A program made the position numbers and the translations under genes. A stretch of 64,000 nucleotides of DNA from assembly GCF_006345805.1 (NCBI RefSeq), contig NC_042997.1, positions 59,334,001-59,398,000 on the forward strand, read 5' to 3'. This DNA is from Octopus sinensis (lineage: Eukaryota). Position 1 is the first letter of the stretch; each line of letters begins with the position of its first letter. Shown here one piece after another: positions 1-12,151 of the stretch. Below the pieces are notes generated by a model. The model saw only the letters and a list, made by a program, of their open reading frames with translations, was not told the origin of the DNA and made no database searches.

Positions 1-255
1 CTTCTAAAATGTGAACTCTGGACGGATTCTGACCAGTGGATACTTATTGCTTTTTCTTCTTTGCGACTTCATTTATATGACTAGACCGCCATTCATCGTA
101 TAGGAACATACCACTAATCTCTCTTGTCGCAATATTGTCTTCTTCACCAGAAAAATTTGGCGCCATTTTCAAGTTGGAAATTGCACATAATTATTCCTTG
201 TGTTGTCGCCAAATTTACAACTTTGACCTTCGAACACACAGCTTTCCAGGGGAAT

Positions 256-263
256 TTTCTTAT

Positions 264-318
<55 letters not shown>

Positions 319-372
319 TACATACTGACATACATACATATGTATGCATGTGTGTATATATATATATATATA
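256..372. repeat. Compound (TACA)n/(CA)n/(TA)n microsatellite
   Basis: Seen directly; explains the HTHTHT/CVCVCV ORFs at 124-480. Confidence 0.95.
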
Positions 373-383
373 GTTAATCCAAA

Positions 384-560
384 CATGAAAACACAAAGAG
401 AAAACACAACAACGCGAGGACGTGGAACAAGTATAGTGCTATTGGACGCTCAGGAAAGGAAAGAAAGATGGAGGATTTAACGTTTCGAGTGGAGCTCTTC
501 GTCAGAAATATAGAAGAAAAGGAAAAGTCCAAAGAAGGGAAGACAGAGAAAGAAAATCGA
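384..560 (-). mobile_element. Penelope-like element (PLE) terminal fragment
   Basis: Contains AACGTTTCGAGTGGAGCTCTTCGTCAG, whose reverse complement CTGACGAAGAG...CGAAACGTT is the kind of motif seen at PLE termini. Confidence 0.55.
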
Positions 561-664
561 TGGAATGAAATTCATATGACATTTTGAGATATTTTGTAAA
601 ATAAATTATTTCAAATTTCTGCATTTTTCTTTTTGCATACAAGTTAAATGTGAACGCAGCAAAT

Positions 665-996
665 ATGTCGTTTAAACTAGAGGATTTTCTTAAGTCCCCT
701 ACTGTGAGACAGTCGGTGCCTTGCGCTAATCAGGTTTATAGAAAGCTTTTGCACATCTCAAACTTGAGGCCAAACCTGCTATGAGGAAATTTCAGATTTT
801 GAAAATTGTTTTAAATCACTTCGTTGAGGAAGGAGTTTTCGGACATGATGCTTTAGAGATAGTAAAAGGACCTTCTGACCATTTGGAAAGGAAAAAGCTT
901 GAAGTTCAATTAGAATTGAAAATATTTGAAAATGAAGCTGAGCTTAAAAAGCTTGAAATTAAAAAAGAAATTGAGCTTAAAAACCTACTATTTTGA
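665..996 (+). pseudogene. Ty3/Gypsy gag N-terminal fossil
   Basis: ATG 665 MSFKLEDFLKSPTV, 1-nt frameshift near 706, then ETVGALR*SGL*KAFAHLKLEAKPAMRKFQILKIVLNHFVEEGVF...ELKKLEIKKEIELK. Resembles the N-terminus plus coiled coil of invertebrate Gypsy gag (recalled, not searched). Confidence 0.6.
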
Positions 997-1325
997 AAAG
1001 TAATAACCTCTTATCCAATCAATTTTAAATGCTATTTGATGAGTTATTAAATAAATACCACGCCACTTTATAGACATTTAAAAATCGTCATATTGTCCAA
1101 AACATTCATAGCTCTCCGATAGCCGGTTACGTGAGTAACAGCTTATGGAGTTTTTTCAGCTTTAATAAAACATATTTTACTCTAGGATTTGAGTGGTATT
1201 TTCGTCACCATGTTTTGGACCTATACACTGGCATGTGTGAGCACACATGCATGCATACATACATGTTTCTGTGTGCGCACGCGCGCGTATACATATATAT
1301 ACACATACATGCAGACCCATACACG

Positions 1326-1363
<38 letters not shown>

Positions 1364-1884
1364 GGAATTTTAGACTGACGGCGATGTGAAAACCTGCCAT
1401 GAAGCAAATATGTAAGAAAGGTAACTCATACAAAACAAGTAATGCAAGGGAGATCATTACTCCTAAGTATTCATTAAAATTGAAAGATTTTGGGCTGCTT
1501 ACTGTCAGTAAGAATCGCTTGGGCAAAATGTATATGATGTTAACAAATGAAAAGCTTTGTTCGGCATATTAACTCGCATCAACTTTTTGTTGACTTTCTA
1601 CCAGTTTGTAATATCCCGTAATTTATTGATTCCTTAGAGTACCAAAGAAAGTTTAATCTGAATGTAGGCATAGTACAATTCCCTGGAGAAATTTTCTGTA
1701 GCCTTCTACCCTGAGACGGTCTAAAATCAGAATTAAGGAAGCACTCTTCAATTCTGTTTTCACTTGGAGGGAGGTAAACTTTTATCTGGTATTTTTTAAG
1801 AGCTAAATGGACTGAATTTCTACGTGGTGTCTTTAGATAATACATTTTCCAGGCATATTGAAATACGGCCTCCATTGGACGTGC

Positions 1885-2170
1885 ACTGGGAGTGTGTATG
1901 AATAACAAAGTACAAATGGGTTGAAAGAAAAACTGAGCATATGAGGAATTGGATCTAGTGTGCAAGAAAGGAGACTGTGTTAGTATGGCTATATAATGCA
2001 TATGGATGAGGACAGTTGTATATAGAAGTGCTGATCATTTTTATGTGGATGGAGACCCCAGAAGACCTGGGATGAAGTGGTGAAGGCTGATCTCCTGACT
2101 GTGAACCTCATGACAATGGACTGAGATGACAGGTGATGTGTGGTTCTTAAGAAGACTCACCCAAATCAAC
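1885..2170 (+). mobile_element. RTE-clade LINE 3' fragment
   Basis: Decayed translation VYE*QSTNGLKEKL...SVQERRLC*YGYIMHMDEDSCI...KTWDEVVKADL; same family as 43006-43400. Confidence 0.75.
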
Positions 2171-3444
2171 AGCTATCATCTCTTTAACTGCAGCTTTTCC
2201 TTGATACCATTAACCTTTTTCATTCATCTTTATATGTCCTCTCTATTCTTGTCTTGTTTTCTTTTACTAACATTGCTTCCTCCAAACACTAGAAAATTCA
2301 TTCTTGTGCATTTCACAATTTCTCTTTTTCTATGCAATGTCCATCTCTTCTATTCACTATCTATTGATCTATCACACACACATATACTCTCCCTGATCCA
2401 CTGACGATATATAAGAAATGCCGTAAAGCCAAGCACTTTATGGACATGAAACCCTGGGTAACCCCATAGACTGGCCATAACTATCTTTATCTACTTACTC
2501 TTCTGCTCTAAAGCTTAGAATGTGCTTCTCTTTCGGATTTGTGATTTACTGCACACAAACATACAGAATATGTTCTTGCATTATCTTTTCTTCTGACAAC
2601 ACAATAAAACACACACACAATAAAGGTATTGTACATTGTCTCCTTTGACTGAAACTTTCATCTGTTGAGGAGCACCATTCCATTCTAAATACTTCCATCA
2701 TTCATTTTTTCAACATGCAGCATTCATTGTAAAATATTTCCCATTCAGAATTTCTGGATGCGGTTGCTCTTTGTCAAGTTCTACCTCTCTTTACCATGTT
2801 CAGTCTTTATTTGAACTCTACCTTTTCTTTTTGCCTTGATGGCGACATTAGTTCTTTCTGCCTATCTTCTTAAAGTTTTAGGTCTTAGTTACCTACCTGT
2901 CATTTACCTTGCACACCAAATTTCTGATTCTTTTACAATGCCCAGCACCATTAAATGTTCATGGTCTAATTCTTCCTGTCTGTGCTCGTAACTCGTCCAA
3001 AAGAGCAATTCCATATTACACACCACTTTGACTGCATCCCCGCCAATCTCGTTCATTGTATCAAATGTAAATTTTATAATTTTTTTCATGTAGGTGAAAC
3101 TGGACATCATTCAGGCAACTGCTTTCCCAAACAACTTTATTATGTTCATATTAACACGTAACAAAGTGATATCCAGTCATTTGTGTGTTATCTTACATCA
3201 TATCTCAGCCTTCATCTGTAAAAACAAAGAAAAAGCTCTTCTTTGCCCATAAGTATTAATAAGTGTCTTGTATTCTACCAGTTCACCCATATCTTTTTCT
3301 TTGTCTTCTGCCATGTAATAGCTAGTCAAATTTATTTTAGAAATTCTCATTGCAAAAATCATCTCTGGCTAATCGTTGAGAGGATGTTGGTGTTGCCTTG
3401 GCAGATGTTTGCCCTCTCTGAGTGCTCGTTATTATTATTATTAA

Positions 3445-3880
3445 GCTGTGAGCTGGTAGAATCATTAGCAGGCTGAGCATAATGTCATTACATTCTGTGT
3501 TCAAATGCTGGAGTCAATTTTGCCTTTCATTTTTTCAAGGTTGATAAAATAAGTGCCAGTGGAGTATTGGGATCAATGTAACCAACAGACCCCTTCTCCA
3601 AATTTCAGGCCTGGTGCCCATAGTAGAAAGGATTATTGTTATTATTACCATTATTAATAAGGCAGTGAGCTGGCAGAATCATCAGTACATTGGATGAGAT
3701 GCTTAGCAGTATTTCACCCATTGCTACATTCCAAGTTCAGATTCCCCCAAGGTCGACTTTACCTTTCATCCTTTCGGGGTTGATAAAATAAGTAGCAGTT
3801 ATGCACTGGGGTCATTGTAATTGCCAATCCCCTCCCCCAAATTTCAGGCCGTGCCTATAATAGAAAGGATTATTATTTCT
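3445..3880 (+). mobile_element. Two tandem tRNA-derived SINEs (family A, AAGGCGGCGAGCTGGCAGAATCGTTAG head)
   Basis: Shared head, GAGTTCAAATTC B-box-like segment and TTTCATCCTTTCGGGGTCGATAAA core; more than 20 copies in the window; these copies are CpG-decayed. Confidence 0.8.
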
Positions 3881-4310
3881 TGGGCTACAATATCCAATGT
3901 ATCTCCTTCCTTTTTTCTTTAGTGTGTGACTGGAGGAAGATTTGGTTTCTATTTCTAGTTGGTCAAACAATGGTATAAAACCTCCTTCATTACTTAATTG
4001 GCAAGGTAGATTTCATCATAGATGAAATAAATGCATATATAAATATATAACAACATAGTCACAGGAGTGGCTATGTGGTTGAGAAGCTTGCTATGTGTGT
4101 GTAATCATCATCATCATCATCATTTAATGCCCTCTTTCCATGCTGGCATGGTTTTGATGGTTTGACATGAAACTGGCTAGCAGGGAGCTGTCCAGACTCC
4201 AACTGTCTGTTGGATAGTTTCTATGGTTGAATGTCCTTCCTAAAGTCAACCATTTAGCAGAGTGTGCAGAGTACAGCATGTGTGTGTGTGTATATATATA
4301 TAAATACACA

Positions 4311-6032
4311 CATTACTATCCAAAAGTTCAGGATCACCTAAACGTATTTTGAAAAAACATCTACAAAATAAAAGATATTCTGGTAAAATATTTTATTAAT
4401 GTATAGTTGCATTTATTGGATGACATAATTAACTCACCAAAATATCCGCCCTTCGCCTTGATCACTGTGGAGCATATTCTGGGAATTCTTTCAACCATAT
4501 TCGCTGGTAATATTTTGCCACTCTTCTTGTAAGAGTGTCCAGAGGGTTTCTACACTACTTAGTTGTTGCTTTTTGACTCTACAATCCAATACATCCTACA
4601 CAATTTTGATGGGATTGCAATCGGGGGATTGGGCTGGCCATTCCATTACAGTCAACTTTTTCCATCCATTTTCTTTTGTAAATAGCTTTTGCATAGATTA
4701 GAAGTATGTTTAGGATAGTTGTCTTGCATCAGCATGAAATTATCACCGATCAGTCAGATGGAATGGCATAATATTGGAGGATAAGAGTGATACCAATTTT
4801 GGTTCAATGCTCCTGTTACCCGATGAATATCCCCAACATTGTTTCTTGCAAAACACCTCCAGATCATCAGACTTCCCCGCCACCTTGTTTTACAGTTGGA
4901 ACTATACACTCAGGAGTCATCTGTTCACCAATTCTTTGCCTCACATAAACTACATTTGGATCTGAAGATTTCAAGCTTTGATTTATCAGTCTAGAGGTCG
5001 TGTTTCTATTGATCAATGGTCCAGGCTTGGTGTTTTCTGGCCCATATGAGTCGCTTATGTTTATTCACAGGTCAAAGCAGTGATTTTCTTATTTCTTTAT
5101 TGCCTACCAGGGGCTAAACAAGGACAGACAAAAGGGTTAAGTCGATTACATCAACCCCAGTGTGTAACTGGTACTAAATTTATCTACCTCGAAAGGATGA
5201 AAGGCAAAGTTGACCTGTGTAATTTAAACTTGGAACATAATGGCAGATGAAATACCGCTAAGCATTTCTGTCAGTTCGCTGCCTCAAAGCAGTGATTTTC
5301 TGGTAGCACAACAACCATTTACACTGGCAGCAATGAGTCTACTCCTCATGTTTGTAGGAGACATGTTAGCTTTGCCAGCTTCACTTACTTGTGCAGCAAT
5401 TTCATTTGCTATTAGATGCATGTTTCGGAGACAATTGACTCTGATGAACTTATCCTGTGATTTAGAAGTCACTTTTGGACATCCTGACGGAGCTCTGTTG
5501 TTATTTTTTCCTGTTTCATTATACCTTTCAATGGCAGTGTAGGAAACTAACTTTTTTGGCTATATCTCGAAAACTGTAACCTTCAGTATGTAATGTGAAA
5601 ATGCTGTCTCTTTTCAGGTGATAAATTACTGGTTTTGCCCATATTTAGGTTGATTTTTAGGAATTGCACTTATTTTACTTATTTTTAATAACTGAACCTG
5701 AAAGAAACAATAACACATTTAATGTGGTCATTAAATGATGTTATCACATGAGTGTAAATAATCAAAATGTATTGCAATGTAGCCAAAAAGTGGAAGATAA
5801 AATAATTTTGACAACATTCCCAAATACGCTTGCACTCAAGAAATATGATTATTTGCATATAAAATATGTATAACTAGTGTTATTCCATATCGAATTAAAC
5901 CCCAAACTTTATGCAGTATGTTATTCCATATTTTTATTCTAAACAATTATCATCTAAATCAATAACAAAAGACTAAACATTCCATATTGAAACAAACTTT
6001 TGTAGGTAATCTTATACTTTTGGATAGTAGTG
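4311..6032 (-). mobile_element. Full-length degenerate Tc1 DNA transposon
   Basis: Matching TIRs (CATTACTATCCAAAAGT at 4311; ACTTTTGGATAGTAGTG ending 6032, then TA). Broken transposase from ATG 5642: MGKTSNLSPEKR...KVTSKSQDKFIRV...RKSLL*PVNKHKRLIWARKH...TDKSK...MQDNYPKHTS...EWPAQSPDCNPIK. Confidence 0.9.
5090..5283 (-). mobile_element. Family A SINE inserted in the Tc1 with an 18-bp TSD
   Basis: TCAAAGCAGTGATTTTCT at 5072-5089 and 5284-5301; the transposase frame resumes across the insertion. Confidence 0.9.
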
Positions 6033-6439
6033 TATATATATTTATGCATGTGCATGTGTACCCTTGTCTTGACATCACTTGATGGCTGTAAATAAGCATC
6101 ATCGTCATAGCAGCCAAGTTATTCATTTTCACCATTCTGTGAAAAACAAGAACTAGCTATGGGAAAATATTACTTTGCTTAGAAATAGGTGAGGATTTGT
6201 GACAAGAAGGGCAGCCAGCCCTAGAAAATCTGTCTCAACAAATTCCATCTGACCCATGCAACCATGGAAAAGTGGATGCTAAATGATGAAAATGATTGTA
6301 TCCCAGCCCATCCTCCCCAAGTATCAACCCAGTAGTATTCCATCTCCATCGAGTTCTTTTTTTCTTTGCAGCCATCAACTTTCAGTCTGTTGAAGAGGAA
6401 TTTGTAACTGCATCAATATCCTGGCAGGATCACCCTTCT

Positions 6440-6680
6440 GACTAAAATAACAAATGAAACTCGAAATATATCTTGATGTTTCCATTTGAAGCAACTGTCA
6501 TTAGATTTTCTGGTTATATTCCCAAGCATGACTAACTGAGACTTGATATTATCCAACCATTTTGTTCTTGGTCTATTCCTAGGTCTCCTGCTAGTTGGCT
6601 CAACTTGAATCTATCTTGCAATTCTTTGTTATGACATTCTAATCACATGTCCATAATACTGGAGCTGTGATTTCTCAGTG
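6440..6680 (-). mobile_element. RTE-like LINE 3' fragment (related copies 21615-21960 + and 50740-50940 -)
   Basis: EKSQLQYYGHVIRMS*QRIAR...RRPRNRPRTKWLDNIK motif. Confidence 0.7.
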
Positions 6681-7001
6681 TAATTAGTATTACTTTATTG
6701 GCACTGGAAGAATGAAGGGAAAAAAGAATTCAACTAACCCTGGTGGGTTTTGAACTTAAATGGTTAGAAAAAGTAAAATATATATCAAATAAAACAACAG
6801 AGAAATGAGAAAAAAGATTTATTTTCCTTTATCTGATTAAATTTAATAAATAAACAGAATAAATTACATATCATAATTTGTACACACAGAACGATGTTTA
6901 ATTTGTCTGTTTCTTTGTTCAACTGCAGGCTGCAGATGTGTGTCTTTTTACATGCATGCATGTTTTTATACATGTACATAAAAAAGTTTTTTTTGTGTAT
7001 C

Positions 7002-7002
<1 letters not shown>

Positions 7003-7062
<60 letters not shown>
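7003..7062. repeat. (GT)n microsatellite
   Basis: Seen directly. Confidence 0.97.
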
Positions 7063-7063
<1 letters not shown>

Positions 7064-7218
7064 AAATCAAACCTTGGTTTTCATGTATATCGTATAGCAG
7101 CTATCTGTGTGAATTGTTCCATGGTATTGTTTGTGTGAATTTAACCACACAATCTGTATTTGTAACTATACATGTGTCCATATACACATATACACACACA
7201 TACATATATATGTGTGTT

Positions 7219-7251
<33 letters not shown>

Positions 7252-7679
7252 GCAAATGTCATGTGAGTGTATGTCAAAATAAATTTGTGCATGTGTCTTT
7301 GGATTAAAAATAAACAACAAAGCTACATCCTTTTTATTGGATGTGAATTGTTCTGCTTTTCAGTGCCACTGAAGTCCTCTCCAGGAGGTTCAACAGAATA
7401 AAAAAAAAAAAAGTTAAATATTTTAAATGAAACAAATGCTGGAATATATGTAACCATCTTGAAACTGCATACTACAAACTCCTCAGGGAAAATGCAGTTA
7501 ATTCAGAAAGTCATTCAGTCAACAGAGCACACTATGGTGTTTGCATTATGTTCTTTAAAAAAAAAAAATTTATGCTTCTTTTTAAAGTCATGTTGACCTT
7601 TTCTTGATAATAATAAAAAAAAAATAAATGAAATAAAATAATTTACCACTATATATTATATATATATATATTAAATAGA

Positions 7680-7860
7680 TATGTATATATTCTATTCTAT
7701 ATAGATAGGTATATATTACATTCTATATAGATATGCATATATTGTATTCTATATAAATACATATTATATTCTATATAAATACATATCATATTCTATATAA
7801 ACATATATATATTTATATTCTATATAAATATATATATTTATATTCTATATAAACATATAC
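7680..7860. repeat. AT-rich minisatellite (TATTCTATATAAA core, about 24-26 bp unit)
   Basis: About seven degenerate tandem copies. Confidence 0.8.
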
Positions 7861-8192
7861 ATACATACATATATATATATACATTTATATATTTATTTAA
7901 AAAAAAATTAATGAAAGATAAAAAACAAGTGAATCACAACCGGCAAAAAAAAGAATTCAGTTCCGAAGTAAAAAATTAGATATTATAAAAAATAAAATAA
8001 TTAAAATTAGATTAAATCTCTTTTTTTTTTTTTTAAATAAATAAAGTTTAATAATACACATATATGCACACACATAAAGATGTCTAATGCAATTCGTGTA
8101 TATATGGGTAAACACATATTTGTATATATGATTGTATGTGCATGTGTATATGTGTGTGTTTGTGTAGATATATATGTATATACACACTCACA

Positions 8193-8233
<41 letters not shown>

Positions 8234-8574
8234 TTTCATGTTTTATTTTACTAATTCTTTTCTATTGCTCATTGCAGAGGAAAAGATAAAAATAATAATA
8301 ACATATTGGAAAATACAAGTCACAGAAACCTTAGAACTGAGAGTTATGCTTAGCAATAATCTGTGCTCAACAGTGATAGGTGCAATAGAAAGGGGCCAGA
8401 GATAGAGAGAGAGAAGAGAGGGGGGAAGAAATTAGGGTGCATGAAATACAGAGGCGTGGTAGAGATAGTAGGTATTTCTTTGTGTGTGTGTGTGTGTGTG
8501 TATGTGTAGGGATAGAAATAGTTTACAAGAAGCAGTTTTGTGCATTCAGTTAGTTTATGAATCATAATAAATGA

Positions 8575-8748
8575 CTAGCTAGATGACTTGCAAGTGCTTA
8601 AATACATGTCTGATTTCAAGAACCGTTGGTAGGTGTCCCGCTGCATGAAATCAAAGATCTCCTTTTGAGCATCATCAAACATATTCCTTGTGATATTAGT
8701 TTCTACTCTCTGACGAACCTTTTCTCTGTTAGGAGCCCTCAAGTTGAC
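8575..8748 (-). CDS. RGS3: RGS3-like gene, last coding exon (C-terminal part of RGS domain)
   Basis: Acceptor tttctttcag, phase 0; VNLRAPNREKVRQRVETNITRNMFDDAQKEIFDFMQRDTYQRFLKSDMYLSTCKSSS*. RGS-domain call is firm; RGS3 orthology is inferred. Confidence 0.92.
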   Translation of the reverse strand, partial: VNLRAPNREKVRQRVETNITRNMFDDAQKEIFDFMQRDTYQRFLKSDMYLSTCKSSS

Positions 8749-10150
8749 CTGAAAGAAATGAATGAAAAAAAATATTGAAATACTTATTGAATTCATAAAT
8801 TTAATATAAATGTATAAGGCAATATGTCTCCTACTACTACAGCCCTCGGCCAACAAATGCCTTATGAGTAAATTTGGTAAACAGAAACTATGTAGAAACC
8901 TGTCATTTGTGTGTGTGTGTGTATTGTTCATGTGCTTGTCATCCCACCATTTGACAATCAGTCTTAGTTTGCTTACATCCCCATAACTAAGCATTTTGGC
9001 TAAAAGAGATCAATGTAGTAAGTACCAGACTTTCAAAGAAAAAGTACCGGGGCTAATTGGTTCAACTAAACCCTTAAAGTTTGTCTCAGCATGGTCAGAG
9101 TCCAAGTAAAAGAAGGTGAAAAGGGAAGGGATGGAGCATGGAACAAGATTGAAAGAGATAAACCACTAAAAAATTTATGCCTGTTCAATAAGATATAGGA
9201 AAAGACAAGCCCTGGGAAAGCCTCTATGTGGTTGCATGATATTTCAGAAATAACAACTAAATTTCTTTCATATCACATCTGTTTAAAAATAAAGACACAT
9301 TGATCATAGGTCTTCTCAATCAGAATCGATCAGAAGCTCAAATATCAACAACATAGGATAAAATATATTAGCCCAGAACTTTTAATAAAAGCAGGGAGGA
9401 CATGTAAGGTTTGAAAAACATCAGAGAAACTGTTGTGTTCAATAAAATTTAGATGTTTTTAAACTTGTCCAACACTATGGCAATGAAAGGAGAATTACAT
9501 GGATGTAGACTTTTGTCTTCTCCTTAATAAAGGATATAGTGCGTGTATGGTGGTGGTGACACACACACACATACACACACACAGAGGAAGATTTCACTAT
9601 GTTTTTTTTTTTTTTTTTTTGTGGGAAGAAGAGTGGAATTTATTATTTGTCAGTTTAAGAACTTGTCTTACGTAAGAATTTGCAGAAGAATGATAGACTG
9701 AATTGGCCCCATTATTAAACTAGTATTTTTTTCAAATCAACTTTGAAGACTTAAAAGGCAAAGATTTGAACTAAGAAAATGGAGTAACAAAATTAAATAC
9801 TGGCTTTGCTTTGGGAACGAAAATAGCCCATGTCAAAAGGTATAAATAATCTCTAGTAGTTTTCATAAATATTGGTTTCAAATTTTGGCACAAGGCCAGC
9901 AAGTTTGGTGCTTATTTTATTGACACCTGAAAGGTTGAAAGGCAAAGTTGACCTTGGTGGAATTTGAACTCAAGCCATAAAGATGGATGAAAAGTCCCTA
10001 AGCATTTTGCCTGGTGTGTTAATGATTCAGCCACCTCACTGCCTTAGTCTTCATAAATATTGAACTTCATCACAGTTCTTAGCATTTGAGCCAGCAGGAA
10101 TGTAGACTATTCTAGTAGAAACAGCCACATATAAGATTACAATAGATTCA

Positions 10151-10365
10151 TTAACCCATTTGAGACCAATCTGCCCGAGACTAGCCCTGGTTGTATTATA
10201 TAAATTTTCTGTGTTAAAGTGAGCTAAATTAAAATCTTCAGTGCAAATTTCATACTCATTTATATTCCAAATAGCAGGTTATTTTGATAAATTCTCCATT
10301 ATTTTCAAAGTTAATTGAAATAAAAGCAATGTATATCAATAGTAATATGGTAATAAAAGAGTTAA
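10151..10365. mobile_element. TTAA-flanked piggyBac-like MITE (similar elements 22469-22686, 31337-31549, 59734-59956)
   Basis: About 215-220 bp; ends TTAACC... and ...GTTAA; some shared internal sequence. Confidence 0.6.
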
Positions 10366-10385
10366 GAAAGAAGGCAAATACTTAC

Positions 10386-10549
10386 AGCCCTTGCAGCAGA
10401 CTTTGCAACAAATGTTTTGAAAATAATATTGGCTTTCTTTTCAAGCTCAGATTCACTAGCCATTCGGTAGTCTTCCACAGCCCACCAAAAGTCAATATTT
10501 TCATCACTAAATTCTGACCTCATATATTTTCTGAAGATTTCTAAACCAT
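10386..10549 (-). CDS. RGS3: RGS3-like gene, RGS-domain exon (not in ORF track)
   Basis: Acceptor ttcttttatag, donor GCT|gtaagt; 164 nt, phase 1 to 0; (D)GLEIFRKYMRSEFSDENIDFWWAVEDYRMASESELEKKANIIFKTFVAKSAARA. Confidence 0.95.
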
Positions 10550-11435
10550 CTATAAAAGAAAAATTTCAAGTTATGAATAATTAATATAAATGTTATTAAG
10601 CAGTCAACGACCAACAAAAATAGACACAGCAAATGTCTATGCCAAACACCTATTTAAAAATCAAAACTAAGAAAATAATAAAAAGCTATCTATTAAAAAC
10701 ATTGTGGGAAAGCTAATATTTTAAAACAGTTTTAAAACTAGATAAACCAGAAACATACATTTTATTTATTTAGCAAATTCTAAGCTAGCTTAGTCCAAAT
10801 GTCTTGATTTACGTATAGTTTATATCTTCCTATTTCATTTTAACTCTTTGGTAATATAATCAGAATAGTAGCTTTTGTATGTTTGTTTTTCCAGTGATGA
10901 ACCTTAAAAAGCATTTTATTCCTTTACATATATATGATGGGCTTCTTTCCGTTTCCGTCTACCAAATCCACTTTTCAGTCAGTACTACTTGCTTATGGCT
11001 GTTCTGCTGAATCTGATGAGACAACCATCTTCTCTACAACATAGCCAGTGGATTTTCAATGAAGAAATGACATGGTTTAGAACCAGATAGACTGTCACCT
11101 TTGGATAATCCTAGTAGAATATGAATGAATGAATGAATGGATGGATGGATGGATGAATGAATAAATGTATGTATGTATGCATACATTTATATATAGTGGA
11201 AAGCATGACTAGGTGCAGATATGGTTGTGTAAGAAGTTTGTTTCCCAACCATATGAACCTTTTTTCATTGATAGGTGTATTATTCTTATGTATTAAATTC
11301 CCTTTAGTCTTATTTTTGTTTTAGTGGCACTATAAACTAATTCAACAACAATGGATCACCCTATATCTGTCTTATTCAACAGAACGTAAATTAAACTGAA
11401 AGTATCATTGAGTTATTTACATTAATTCCACAAAC

Positions 11436-11575
11436 CTTTATCCCTAATTAATGCTTCAAAAGATTTGCCCCACTTTGCTGCGTTCACCATGTCGATTTTT
11501 GGAAATTTTTCAGTAAGTGATGAGTCTGTATGATGGCGTCGGAGAAAGTGTAACCTTCTTTTCACATTCCAAGCT
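11436..11575 (-). CDS. RGS3: RGS3-like gene, exon entering the RGS domain
   Basis: Acceptor tttattcttcag, donor AAG|gtttgt; 140 nt, phase 2 to 1; AWNVKRRLHFLRRHHTDSSLTEKFPKIDMVNAAKWGKSFEALIRDK, comparable to RGS3 AKDMKNKLGIFRRR...KWGESLE. Confidence 0.92.
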
Positions 11576-11829
11576 CTGAAGAATAAAGAATAAAAAAAAT
11601 TTGAAGAAATAAATGGTATTTTCTGTACATATTCAAGATTCAATGTTTATATGCGTACCACACATACACATACAACTTCACTATCATATGAAATTATGCT
11701 TAAATGTTTTTATAGTGATTTTGTATCTCCTCTGTCATGCTAATATGAGCTGAACATGAATGGTGCTACAAATAGTTGTGAGTGAAAATTAGCAGAGACA
11801 AATTACAAATTATATATAAGCTCTTAGAT

Positions 11830-12030
11830 TAGTTTTTCCTTGGGGCTGGTCAGATTGGAGCAATCTCGAGTATAACCAGCCGAAATTGCAAAGACAATCT
11901 GGAACTTGACTGAGGAAAGAAAACTCCAAATGACCCATCCTTGTTTTCTTTGTATCATCTATCTAGATGTTTTGTTGATCCTTTTTTGTATCACCTGTCT
12001 GGATGTTTTGTGTTCTCGTCCCATTTTGTA
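11830..12030 (+). mobile_element. Dispersed repeat, possibly PLE-like (opposite-strand relative at 41690-41810)
   Basis: Both share CAGCCGAAATTGC.AAGA...ATCTGG..CTTGACTGA. Confidence 0.45.
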
Positions 12031-12110
12031 TTTTTATGCACGTATATATAGTGGTATACGAAAACGTTGGTCTCTTATATGTACATATTAATATTAATTA
12101 TATATATATA

Positions 12111-12149
<39 letters not shown>

Positions 12150-12151
<2 letters not shown>

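Noticed and set aside
124-480. ORFs rich in HT/CV/YI repeats (also about 1131-1526, 6894-7292, 7957-8405, 15969-16214, 19366-19806, 41340-42090)
   Set aside because: Translations of dinucleotide microsatellites, which lack stops in several frames.
2904-3110. NMELLFWTSYEH resembling the RGS ENxxFW motif (possible tandem RGS pseudogene)
   Set aside because: The flanking sequence does not align with the RGS fold; similarity is a few residues.
5240-5542. 100-aa hydrophobic plus-strand ORF
   Set aside because: Antisense of the Tc1 transposase plus a SINE head.
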